Positions 7,996-16,876 of a DNA stretch of 35,527 bases are shown piece by piece (position 1 is the first letter of the stretch; each line of letters starts with the position of its first letter). Position numbers and translations under genes: made by a program. Under the pieces are notes generated by a model. It made no database searches. It saw only the letters and a list, made by a program, of their open reading frames with translations, and was not told the origin of the DNA. This DNA comes from a virus (Duplodnaviria; Caudoviricetes), in IMG/VR virus record IMGVR_UViG_3300025470_000048, positions 1 to 35,527 of that record; one strand, given 5' to 3'.

Positions 7996-8529
7996 ATGGG
8001 CGCGGCAAATGGTTCGATGTATGTCGCGTCCTTTGGGCCTAACGTCATTCAGGCTGTTGCTCAAGACCTGATACAAATCTATCCATCGACAAATGACGCG
8101 CAAACCACTGTCATTCATTCGTGGAAGTTGACCGTAGTTCCGTTAGATAAGTCGGGCGTAGCTCAAGATGACCGCATGACTTTGCAAGTCGTGCGGCGCA
8201 GCACCCTGTCAACAACGGGCGGTGCAGTTGGGTTTTTGGGAACGCAATTTATTACACCCACTCCGTTGCAGCCTAAATCGGGCACGGCGGTGACTAACGT
8301 AGAAACTAACTTAAACGTACTGGGTACGTTAGGTTCAGTGATTGAGTCTGACACTGTGTCGGTGATGTATCCGTGGTCGCGTACGTACCGCGAAGATCAA
8401 CGTATACCTATCGTAGCGGATGATGGTGTGACTTATCCGTCTCTGCCCGTTTGCTTATATTTGGCTACGCCACCCAGTACGTGGTATTTGATGAGCGGCG
8501 AAGTTGTCTTTGAAGAATTGAGCACGTAA
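7996..8529 (+). CDS. Beta-rich putative virion surface protein (paralogue of 7489..7986)
   Basis: Shares AANG.MY.ASF, IHSW, SGVAQD, DQRI and EVVFEEL with the preceding gene. Confidence 0.7.
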   Translation: MGAANGSMYVASFGPNVIQAVAQDLIQIYPSTNDAQTTVIHSWKLTVVPLDKSGVAQDDRMTLQVVRRSTLSTTGGAVGFLGTQFITPTPLQPKSGTAVTNVETNLNVLGTLGSVIESDTVSVMYPWSRTYREDQRIPIVADDGVTYPSLPVCLYLATPPSTWYLMSGEVVFEELST

Positions 8530-8531
8530 CG

Positions 8532-11105
8532 ATGGCAGCCGTTACGTTTGTCCGATCTACCGCAGGATCGACAACCACTTCAGCAACTTTAACGCTTACC
8601 GTTACAGCGCCTACAGTCGGTGATTACCTTGTTGTCTCGGTGTTCGGCACGACATCGAACTCAACGGGGCCGCTCAACGCGGACCTTTCTACCGCAACGG
8701 TTACCGATAACGCGACGGGTGGAACAAACACCTACACGCGACAAACGGCGCTGTATAACAACACCGTTGATTCGGTCAGCAACTTTGACTCGGCGGGTAT
8801 CGCGGTCTTTCTGGCCCCGGTATCGCGTACCAACGCAGGTACGTTCACCGTCACGATCACAACGTCCATTAACACGACTGCCAACAATGGGTACTCGGTT
8901 GGTGCGGTCGTATCGGAATGGTCAGGCGTTGCAGGCTCGGAAGGGTTCTCAACCCTCAATGCGTTAATCACAAACCCTCATGGATACAGCGCGTATCCCA
9001 CGTTGACTGCAACACTTCCCGGTGATGCGCTTGTCACTAGCCAAGTATCAAGCGGCGATACGGCGGCGGCGTTTACGCAGGGCTTGGGCATCACAAGTGT
9101 CTTTTCCTCATCCGGTACGTCGGTTGAGTACGTTTCCGTTACCAATGCTCGGCAGGTCAACGGCACGTTCCTGTTCTCGCCTGTCAACGATCCGAGCGGC
9201 GGCACGACGTTTGTGGGTATCGCGTTACTGCTCAAGTCCACCAACACGGCGGTAGCGTCTGTTGCGGGGCATAACGTCGAGTTCTCGCCGCGCGAGTTCC
9301 CGTTACAAGCCTACGATGCTTGGAACGGCTTCCCACGCCCCCCGGCTACCTATAACGGGTTGATGTTCAATCGTACGGCGGCAGCGGCCCCCGCTACGGT
9401 ACCGATACTGCTTCAGGGTAAGGATTTTCAGAATCCTATTGTACGCCCGCCTCCGGTTTACGTGCCGCCCGACGTACTTACGGTACGCAAGATCTCGGCT
9501 CCGTTTAACCAGACCGACTGGCAAAACCCTGTCGTATCCAGAGCCTCGGCGGTAGTCCATGCGTTTGCAGGGTCTGTACTGACTCTACTGGCCGTAACGG
9601 CGACGCCCGTACCGTTTACGCTCAGAGCAAAAGACCTACCCAATCCGATTACTCGTATTGCGGCGCAGCAGGACGTTGGGTCTAACAACACGATCCGGCA
9701 AGTCGCGCCGCCTGTCCCGTTCAAACCGGTAGACCTGCCGAACCCGATCACTCGGGTTTCACCTCTCCCCGTACCGCCCGACTTCTTAACCATCCAGAAG
9801 ATCGCAGCGCCGTTCGGGCAAACCGATTGGGCTAATCCAGTCACGCGCACCGCCGCGCAACAGGATCCGGGAGCGAACTACACGCTCCAACAAAAGGCTC
9901 CTGTACTTGCGCCGCCGTTCAAGCCCGTTGACCTGCCTAACCCGATCACGCGGCTCTCACCCCTGCCAGATTCGCCCGATTTCATGCGGTATCTGGCGGT
10001 ACCGGGGCCGTTTAAGCAATCGGATTGGCTCAACCCGATCACAAGGATCTACCCGCAGCCTGACGTTCTGCCTAATACAACTATTAGGCAAGTTGCTCCA
10101 GTCCTAGCCCCGTTCGTACCGGCGGATCTTCCAAACCCGCTTACACGAATTGCGGCGCAACCTATCCCGCCGGACTTCCTGACGATTCGGTCGATCTCGG
10201 CTCCGTTTAACCAGACGGACTTCCCGAATCCGGTTACACGAATTGCGGCGCAGCCGGTACCCCCAGACTTCTTAACTCTGCAAATTTTGAGTCCGCCAAC
10301 GCGGATGACGGATTGGCCGAACCCGACTACGCGGGTGCCGCCACAGCATGAGGTCGGGGCGAATTACACCCTGCGGCAAATAGCACCGGCAGCGCCGACA
10401 CCGTTCAAACCGGCGGATTTGCTGAATCCGTTTGTTCGTGTTGCAGCACAGCAGGACGTTGGGGCGAACTACACTCTCCGACAGGTCATAGCCCCGACTC
10501 CGTTCAATCAGACCGACTGGCCCAACCCGCAGTTCCGGGCACCGCGCGGCATCACGTTCGATCCCGCGTATCTGCAACCGCCCCCGTTGGTCATCGTACT
10601 TGTCACAGGCGTATCAGGTTTTGGTACAATCGGGCAAGTTTCGATCCAGATCACGCAACTCTGGAATCCGGTCAATGACTCTCAGACTCCCAACTGGGGT
10701 GTACTGCCGGATACACAGACGCCGAACTGGATCCCGGTCGTTGACGCACAGACCCCCGGATGGACTGTCGTTAGCGATCCGCAGACGCCAAACTGGACTT
10801 CAGTTAGCGTCGCGCCGACAACTGCTTGGACAACGATCAGCGACGCGCAGACTCCGAACTGGGTAGCCGTCAATGATACGCAAACGTCGAATTGGGTTGC
10901 AGTTACAAATTCGCAGACTCCCAACTGGGCTGCTGTCGGGGATACGCAAACGCCAAATTGGTCAGCGGTCAACAGCACAGCACCTCAGTATCTGCTACTT
11001 GAGAACGGCAACCGGATTCAATTAGAGAACAGCTCTGGTGATATAACGCTAGAGGGTTCTCAGTGGACTTCGGTTAACGACGGGCAGACTCCAAACTGGA
11101 AGTGA
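8532..11105 (+). CDS. Large mosaic virion protein: N-terminal beta domain, Pro-rich repeats, C-terminal Trp repeats
   Basis: 857-aa ORF lying between structural genes; both repeat regions are visible in the translation. Confidence 0.75.
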   Translation: MAAVTFVRSTAGSTTTSATLTLTVTAPTVGDYLVVSVFGTTSNSTGPLNADLSTATVTDNATGGTNTYTRQTALYNNTVDSVSNFDSAGIAVFLAPVSRTNAGTFTVTITTSINTTANNGYSVGAVVSEWSGVAGSEGFSTLNALITNPHGYSAYPTLTATLPGDALVTSQVSSGDTAAAFTQGLGITSVFSSSGTSVEYVSVTNARQVNGTFLFSPVNDPSGGTTFVGIALLLKSTNTAVASVAGHNVEFSPREFPLQAYDAWNGFPRPPATYNGLMFNRTAAAAPATVPILLQGKDFQNPIVRPPPVYVPPDVLTVRKISAPFNQTDWQNPVVSRASAVVHAFAGSVLTLLAVTATPVPFTLRAKDLPNPITRIAAQQDVGSNNTIRQVAPPVPFKPVDLPNPITRVSPLPVPPDFLTIQKIAAPFGQTDWANPVTRTAAQQDPGANYTLQQKAPVLAPPFKPVDLPNPITRLSPLPDSPDFMRYLAVPGPFKQSDWLNPITRIYPQPDVLPNTTIRQVAPVLAPFVPADLPNPLTRIAAQPIPPDFLTIRSISAPFNQTDFPNPVTRIAAQPVPPDFLTLQILSPPTRMTDWPNPTTRVPPQHEVGANYTLRQIAPAAPTPFKPADLLNPFVRVAAQQDVGANYTLRQVIAPTPFNQTDWPNPQFRAPRGITFDPAYLQPPPLVIVLVTGVSGFGTIGQVSIQITQLWNPVNDSQTPNWGVLPDTQTPNWIPVVDAQTPGWTVVSDPQTPNWTSVSVAPTTAWTTISDAQTPNWVAVNDTQTSNWVAVTNSQTPNWAAVGDTQTPNWSAVNSTAPQYLLLENGNRIQLENSSGDITLEGSQWTSVNDGQTPNWK
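9420..10545 (+). repeat. About 12 degenerate coding repeats of roughly 30-37 aa, core PFxxxD[LWF]xNP[IV]TR
   Basis: DFQNPIVR, DWQNPVVS, DLPNPITR (x3), DWANPVTR, DWLNPITR, DLPNPLTR, DFPNPVTR, DWPNPTTR, DLLNPFVR, DWPNPQFR. Boundaries are approximate. Confidence 0.85.
10662..11102 (+). repeat. About 10 coding repeats of 11 aa (33 bp), consensus WxxVxDxQTPN
   Basis: Nine contiguous units from WNPVNDSQTPN to WAAVGDTQTPN, an interruption, then WTSVNDGQTPNWK at the C-terminus. Confidence 0.9.
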
Positions 11106-11108
11106 TCA

Positions 11109-12116
11109 ATGGCTAGTACCTACTCCCCCAATCTTCAAATCACCCTGATGGGTACTGGCGATCAGTCAGGAACATGGGGTGCCACGACCAATACCAATCT
11201 GGGTACCGTGATCGAACAAGCCATCACGGGTGGCGGTTCGTTTGCGTGTTCGGGCGGTACGGATACGATCCCTGCCATCAGTCCGGGCGTATCGTCCACG
11301 GCGCGGAACATCTATCTCACGTTGACGGGTACAGGCGGCGGCACAGTGAACTGCCCTGCGGTCAGCAAGTTGTACTTCGTCTACAACAGCACCGCATCTG
11401 CCATTACGTTCAAGACAGCTTCGGGAACAGGTATCAGCGTTCCGACGGGCGCGACCTACGCGCTGTACTGTAACGGTACCAACGTTGTTAACGCGATCTC
11501 AGCGAACTCCGTTGCCGCTGTATCTTCTGCGGCCCCTAGCGCGACGATTGGCCTTACGACGGTCACGGGTTCCGCGATCACGTTCATGACTTCAGACTCG
11601 GCTCCGGCCTTGAGTCAGGCGATCACGCCAACATGGACTGGCGCTCACATCTGGAGCGCAGCGGTCACGTTCAACAGCACGGCGTCCTTTACGGGCGCAG
11701 TGACGTTCAGCAGCACAACGACTCCGACGATCAACGACGGCGCAGGTAACCAAGTCGCTGTGGGCTTCCGGGGTATGCCCCAAACCACGGGCGCGGGTAC
11801 GCAGTATCAAGCGGCGTTATCGGATCGCAGTAAGTACGTGCTGAACACGGCGGGTGGTCTACTGATCGTTGCGGCTCCGTACCTAACGGGGTCTAGCGGT
11901 AGTACGGGTACGTGGGCTACGGACAGTGTGATCAGCTTCTACAACAATTCGGCGTCGGCGCAGACTATTACGGCGGGTACGGGCGTAACGCTACAACTTG
12001 CCAATACGGCTACGACGGGTAACCGGACGGTGGCTGCACACGGCTTCTGCACGTTGGTCTGCGTCGTTGGCGGCTCTAATCCGACATTCATTTGCATGGG
12101 ACCGGGGGTTTCGTAA
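11109..12116 (+). CDS. Tail fibre-like protein
   Basis: N-terminus MASTYSPNLQITLMGTGDQSGTWGATTNTNL is a recurrent phage fibre anchor; body is Thr/Ser/Gly-rich. Confidence 0.7.
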   Translation: MASTYSPNLQITLMGTGDQSGTWGATTNTNLGTVIEQAITGGGSFACSGGTDTIPAISPGVSSTARNIYLTLTGTGGGTVNCPAVSKLYFVYNSTASAITFKTASGTGISVPTGATYALYCNGTNVVNAISANSVAAVSSAAPSATIGLTTVTGSAITFMTSDSAPALSQAITPTWTGAHIWSAAVTFNSTASFTGAVTFSSTTTPTINDGAGNQVAVGFRGMPQTTGAGTQYQAALSDRSKYVLNTAGGLLIVAAPYLTGSSGSTGTWATDSVISFYNNSASAQTITAGTGVTLQLANTATTGNRTVAAHGFCTLVCVVGGSNPTFICMGPGVS

Positions 12117-12751
12117 TGGGCGCTATTCTCAATGTGATCGCTTCTAGCGGTGGTGGCGGTTTTACGCCGCAAACTGTTCCTATTACAACGACAGGCTCGT
12201 TCACTCAAGCGATCCCCACTGGCGCGACCAATATGGTCATTGAAGTCTGGGCCGGTGGCGGTGGCGGTGGCGGTTACGATACGAATGGTACGAATCCCGG
12301 CGGCGGTGGCGGTGCGGGTGCGTATGCCATTACTGCAACCGCTTACAACGTCAGCACGGCGTCGGGGCAGACAATTGTCGGTTCGGTTGGTGCGGGTGGT
12401 TTGGGTGGCGCGTCAAATCTTAGCGGCGGTAATAACGGCTCAATCGGAACGTCGTCGCTCATCAATACATCGGGAACTTACGCAAGCATCAATGCGATTA
12501 CTGTTAACCCCGGAAATTTTGGTAACAAGGGATCGGTAGGAACAGGTGGTACCGGTGGTACAACAACAACCGCAACCAACTGGACATCGACGGCAGGTGG
12601 TAATGGACAGCCGGGAACAACAACAGGAGCGGGTGGTATTCCTGTTACCGGTGTACATGGAGGCCCTTATGGCGGAGGCGGCGCGGGTGGCACGGGTACA
12701 GGTACTGCGCCGTCCGGATCTAACGGCGCTGTGGTGTTTTACTTCTACTAA
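12116..12751 (+). CDS. Glycine-rich fibre tip / adhesin-like protein
   Basis: Start taken at ATG 12116 (TAATG overlap). IEVWAGGGGGGG, GGGGGAGAY, PYGGGGAGG and an aromatic end (GAVVFYFY) match polyglycine adhesin domains. Confidence 0.7.
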   Translation: MGAILNVIASSGGGGFTPQTVPITTTGSFTQAIPTGATNMVIEVWAGGGGGGGYDTNGTNPGGGGGAGAYAITATAYNVSTASGQTIVGSVGAGGLGGASNLSGGNNGSIGTSSLINTSGTYASINAITVNPGNFGNKGSVGTGGTGGTTTTATNWTSTAGGNGQPGTTTGAGGIPVTGVHGGPYGGGGAGGTGTGTAPSGSNGAVVFYFY

Positions 12752-12760
12752 GGAGTTCGC

Positions 12761-13105
12761 ATGGGACTTTTTAAGTACATTCAGAATGCCCCTAAGTTCT
12801 TCGAACTCTTCAAAGAGGGCAAAGAAGTTGCTGATCCTGCGACTTGGAAAAATAGGACGATTGCAACCAACGCAATCCTTGCGCTCCTTGGCACGGCCCT
12901 TGGCCTTGCCAAGGTTTTTGGTTTCAACGTGAGTTTAGACAGTGACACCACACAGAATCTGGCTGCGGGGGTTGTTGCTATCGTCACTGCTGCTAACGCA
13001 GTCATGCACACAATTACGTCAGCAAGGGTTGGCGTGTCATCCAACAGCGGGGGTAGTACCGCCGAAGGACAGTCAGACAACGTTAGTAAGCCTCCAGAAG
13101 GCTGA
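12761..13105 (+). CDS. Putative holin (two hydrophobic helices)
   Basis: SD AAGGAG; IATNAILALLGTALGLAKVFGF and LAAGVVAIVTAANAVM; two genes upstream of the lysozyme. Confidence 0.55.
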   Translation: MGLFKYIQNAPKFFELFKEGKEVADPATWKNRTIATNAILALLGTALGLAKVFGFNVSLDSDTTQNLAAGVVAIVTAANAVMHTITSARVGVSSNSGGSTAEGQSDNVSKPPEG

Positions 13106-13148
13106 GTTCGATATTGGTTTTTCGTGCAAATTAACAGAGGACTGAACA

Positions 13149-13499
13149 ATGAGTTTTTTCAATACGCTTGAGCAAGACGTTGCGGCTTTGGGTAAGTGGT
13201 TCAACGGCAATCCGGTTGGCGTGGCTATCGAAGCCGACTTCCGTGCGGCGATTGCTGAACTGCAAAGCATCGCGGTCGCTGATCTTGAGAACGCGGTCAA
13301 GGTGATCGGTTTGGCTGCGCTTGGCGGTCTCGCCACGGGTGGCACGGCGGGCGCTATCGCTGCGGGCATAGCCTCGGCTCAGACTGAGTTCAAGACCGTC
13401 GGTGTGGACATCTCGACCAAGACGATCAACACGCTCGTCAGCACGGTTGTGAATCAGGTCTCGGCCCAGACCACTCCGGCTCCGGTGGTGGCTCCGTAA
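13149..13499 (+). CDS. Hypothetical protein in the lysis cassette with a Gly/Ala hydrophobic segment
   Basis: SD GAGGA; VIGLAALGGLATGGTAGAIAAGIASA; TAATG overlap with the lysozyme. Confidence 0.65.
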   Translation: MSFFNTLEQDVAALGKWFNGNPVGVAIEADFRAAIAELQSIAVADLENAVKVIGLAALGGLATGGTAGAIAAGIASAQTEFKTVGVDISTKTINTLVSTVVNQVSAQTTPAPVVAP

Positions 13500-13942
13500 T
13501 GATGCACCGTATGAATGTCAGTCCAAACTGCGCGGCAATCACCAAGCAGTTTGAGGGGTGTAGGCTGGAGGCATATTTATGCCCCGCTGAAAAGTGGACG
13601 ATTGGCTATGGTCATACGGGGCCAGATGTTTATGCGGGACTGAAGATAGATCAGGCTCGTGCTGATCAATTATTGATGCTGGACCTGCTGACCGCACAGA
13701 GTACCGTCAACAATTTGGTTGAACCTCAGATCAGTCAAAATCAATTCGATGCTCTGTGCGATTTTGTTTTCAATTGCGGATCGGGCAACTTCAAGACTTC
13801 GACTCTACTGAAATTGATTAATCAGCAGAAGTTTGATGAAGCAGTGTTGGAGTTCGCCAAATGGAATAAGGGTGGCGGTAAGGTGCTTCCGGGCCTGACC
13901 AAACGCCGCGCTGCTGAAGCCGCGTTGTTTTCTAAGGTGTAA
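13499..13942 (+). CDS. Endolysin, glycoside hydrolase family 24 lysozyme
   Basis: Catalytic E-x8-C/D-x5-T in FEGCRLEAYLCPAEKWTIGYGHT; QNQFDALCDFVFNCG; GLTKRRAAEAALF. Confidence 0.93.
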   Translation: MMHRMNVSPNCAAITKQFEGCRLEAYLCPAEKWTIGYGHTGPDVYAGLKIDQARADQLLMLDLLTAQSTVNNLVEPQISQNQFDALCDFVFNCGSGNFKTSTLLKLINQQKFDEAVLEFAKWNKGGGKVLPGLTKRRAAEAALFSKV

Positions 13943-13944
13943 CG

Positions 13945-16311
13945 ATGCCACTCGTCAAACTGCCGTTCACGCCCGGGGTCAACAAAGAAGTCACGTCGTA
14001 TTCTGCGACGGGGATGTTCTTCAATGCTGACAAGATCCGGTTCCGTTCGGGGTTTGTCGAGAAGATGGGCGGCTGGAAGAACGCGTACCCCGGTGCTACG
14101 TTCAATGGCGTTGCCCGTACGCTGCTGACGTGGGTGACCTATGATGGTTACACGCTGACGGCGATTGGCACCAACCAGAAATACTACGTGCAGTATGGCG
14201 CGGTCTACAACGACATCACGCCCCTGCGTACCGGTACCCCGGCGTTGGCTAGCAATCCGTTCACGACGAACGGTACCAATAGCCTGATCACGGTCAACGC
14301 GCCGGGGCATGGCGCGAGTCCCGGGTCGTACGTTACGTTCTCGGGCGCGACGGCGGTGGGCGGGTATACCGTCACTGGGCAGTACGAGATCATCTCGACG
14401 CCGGACGGCAATACGTTCACGATCAACGCGTATCCCACCGTGCCCACGGCGGCGACGGGTGGCGGTACTCCCACTGCGGTGTACGACATCAATGCCGGAG
14501 GCAGCACCGTCACGGCGTCCACAGGTTGGGGCGCGGGCGGTTGGAGTTTGGGCGGATGGGGATTAGGCACTAGCGCGACGGTCAACATCCCCTTGCAGTT
14601 GTGGTCGCAGTGCAATTTCAATCAAGATCTGGTTTTCTCGCCGACGTCGGGGCAGATCTATTACTGGCCTTGGGCGACGGGCGGCGGCTCGCTCACCACA
14701 CCTGCCGTGACTCTGGGAGCTTATGCGGCGACTCAGGTCAAAGGGACGGCTAACGTCACGGCAGTAACCACTGCCGGTACGTCCATCACGGTGGACAATT
14801 CGTTCTACATCACCTCGGGCGCGACGGTTACCGTCATCACGAACACGAGCGGTACTGCGAGCGTCCCTGCGGGAACCTACGTCACGACCGCGTACACAAA
14901 CGGGTTTGTTGTCACGCTAAGCAACAACGTGACGGTCGGCGTCGGTGATGTTCTGGGTTTCAGTTACGCGGGGTACTCGGTACCCAATCAGACCAATAAG
15001 ATTTTCGGTTCCAGTACGCTTCAGTTCACCATCGCGTTGGGCGCGAACCCGTATGACCCGACGAACTTCAACACCGCGTTTAACCCCATGTTGGTGCGGT
15101 GGTCGGATCAATCCAATGCGTACGAATGGGTGCCGCAGACGCAGAACCAGTCGGGTGAGACGCCGTTGTCGAACGGATCGTACCTGATCACAGCGGTTAA
15201 CAACCGTCAGGAAATTCTGGTCTGGTCGAACACGACCTTGTACTCCATGCAGTACGTTGGTCCGCCGCTGATCTTTTCGTTCACGATCCTCCAAGACAAC
15301 GTGTCGATCATCTCGCCCAACGCGGCGGTGACCATCAACAACATCACGTACTGGATGGGTCTGGATCGGTTCTATATCTACACCGGTAGCGTTCAAACCC
15401 TGCCGTGTAGCCTCAAGCGCTACGTTTATAGCAATCTCAACTACAACCAACTCAACCAGATTGTCTGCGGCTTCAATGAAGGCTTCAACGAAATCTGGTG
15501 GCACTACCCGTCCAAGAACAGCACGGTCAATGACTCGTACGTCATCTTTAACTACTTGGACAACTGTTGGTACGACGGTACGATGAACCGTACGGCGTGG
15601 CTCGACTCGCAGTATCAGCAGTACCCACAAGCGGTATTCAGCCTACAGCAGTCTTATTTGAGTCAGGCGTTGACTACGTCGAGCACCTCCATACAGGTGC
15701 TCAATGCGTTTGCGTATCCCACATCGGGAACGATCACTATCGATAGCGAACTGATTGCTTACACGAGCAACTCGAACAACACGCTGTTGGGTCTCACGCG
15801 CGGGCTTAACGGAACGACGGTAGCCGCGCACAGCATCTACGCGCCTGTGGTCTATGGCATTCCGAATCAGATCGTGTTCCACGAGAACGGTCTGGATGAC
15901 GGCACTCCGGCGACGGCGCTGCCGATTTATTCGTACATCGAATCTGCGGACATTACCCCGGGCGGGGACGGCGACAAGTTCGTCTACATGTGGCGCATCG
16001 TGCCGGACGTAACGTTCACGAACTCGACGGCATCCAGTCCTGTCTTGTACATGACTGTCGAGCCTCGGCAGAACTCAGGCTCTGCCTATACGGCGTCTGT
16101 CGGCGGCAACGCCACGGACGTGATGAGTGTCGTGAACACTGCGCTCCCCACGGCCCCCACATACACTTATCCTGTGGAGCAATACACGGGTCAGGTCTAT
16201 ACCCGAGTTCGTGGGCGTCAGTTTGCGTTCAAAGCCTATTCACAGGATATGGGCGTCATGTGGCAGATGGGCGCGAATCGGTTTGACGTTCGTCCGGATG
16301 GGAAACGCTAA
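13945..16311 (+). CDS. Tail nozzle / stabilisation protein (tail tubular B, P22 gp10-like beta-propeller)
   Basis: 788 aa, beta-rich; MLVRWSDQ, YWMGLDRFYIYTGSVQTLPC, FNEIWWHYPS, RVRGRQ, terminal DVRPDGKR; directly precedes the internal virion genes. Confidence 0.7.
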   Translation: MPLVKLPFTPGVNKEVTSYSATGMFFNADKIRFRSGFVEKMGGWKNAYPGATFNGVARTLLTWVTYDGYTLTAIGTNQKYYVQYGAVYNDITPLRTGTPALASNPFTTNGTNSLITVNAPGHGASPGSYVTFSGATAVGGYTVTGQYEIISTPDGNTFTINAYPTVPTAATGGGTPTAVYDINAGGSTVTASTGWGAGGWSLGGWGLGTSATVNIPLQLWSQCNFNQDLVFSPTSGQIYYWPWATGGGSLTTPAVTLGAYAATQVKGTANVTAVTTAGTSITVDNSFYITSGATVTVITNTSGTASVPAGTYVTTAYTNGFVVTLSNNVTVGVGDVLGFSYAGYSVPNQTNKIFGSSTLQFTIALGANPYDPTNFNTAFNPMLVRWSDQSNAYEWVPQTQNQSGETPLSNGSYLITAVNNRQEILVWSNTTLYSMQYVGPPLIFSFTILQDNVSIISPNAAVTINNITYWMGLDRFYIYTGSVQTLPCSLKRYVYSNLNYNQLNQIVCGFNEGFNEIWWHYPSKNSTVNDSYVIFNYLDNCWYDGTMNRTAWLDSQYQQYPQAVFSLQQSYLSQALTTSSTSIQVLNAFAYPTSGTITIDSELIAYTSNSNNTLLGLTRGLNGTTVAAHSIYAPVVYGIPNQIVFHENGLDDGTPATALPIYSYIESADITPGGDGDKFVYMWRIVPDVTFTNSTASSPVLYMTVEPRQNSGSAYTASVGGNATDVMSVVNTALPTAPTYTYPVEQYTGQVYTRVRGRQFAFKAYSQDMGVMWQMGANRFDVRPDGKR

Positions 16312-16502
16312 TGTCGTCTATCACGCCTACCAAAGCGCCCAGTATCCCGGTACCGTCTGGGACGGTGGATGCGGCGTACTTTACGATGATCAGTAACGCG
16401 CTGCGCTTGTACTTCGGTCAGGTGGACAACGCGACAGGTCAGTTGACGGACGCTGCGAATACGACGTCGGTGCAGCAATGGCTTGATGGGGGATGCTACT
16501 GA
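16311..16502 (+). CDS. Small hypothetical virion protein (63 aa)
   Basis: TAATG and TGATG overlaps on each side; NALRLYFGQVDN. Confidence 0.65.
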   Translation: MSSITPTKAPSIPVPSGTVDAAYFTMISNALRLYFGQVDNATGQLTDAANTTSVQQWLDGGCY

Positions 16503-16876
16503 TGTCGAACTTCCAGAACATTGTTCCCAAGCGTTTGGCGCAAGCTGCCATGACCACGGCGTTCGCGTCGATCTACACCGCGCCCGTAAACACGCGGACG
16601 TTCGTCAAAGACATGGACATCTGCAACACCAACGCATCAAGCGTCACGGTGTCGGTCTGTCTGGTGCCGTACACGGCAACGAACACGGTGGGTACGCCCG
16701 GAGTGAACAACGCGATCCTGTACAACGTGGCAATTCCTGCCAACAGCACGATGCAGTGGACGGGGTCTCAGATCATGAACGGCCCTGCCAACAACACCCA
16801 AGCGGGTGACATCATTGCGGTCAAGGCCAGTACGACGGGCGTGACTATCACCGTGTCGGGAGGCGAAGCGACGTGA
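16502..16876 (+). CDS. Small beta-sandwich virion protein
   Basis: Start taken at ATG 16502 (TGATG); IYTAP, ICNTN, terminal ITVSGGEAT. Confidence 0.65.
   Translation: MSNFQNIVPKRLAQAAMTTAFASIYTAPVNTRTFVKDMDICNTNASSVTVSVCLVPYTATNTVGTPGVNNAILYNVAIPANSTMQWTGSQIMNGPANNTQAGDIIAVKASTTGVTITVSGGEAT

Noticed and set aside
10662-11000. 33-bp periodic repeats as a possible CRISPR array or DGR
   Set aside because: The repeats are in-frame, degenerate at synonymous positions and lack unique spacers; no cas operon or reverse transcriptase is present.
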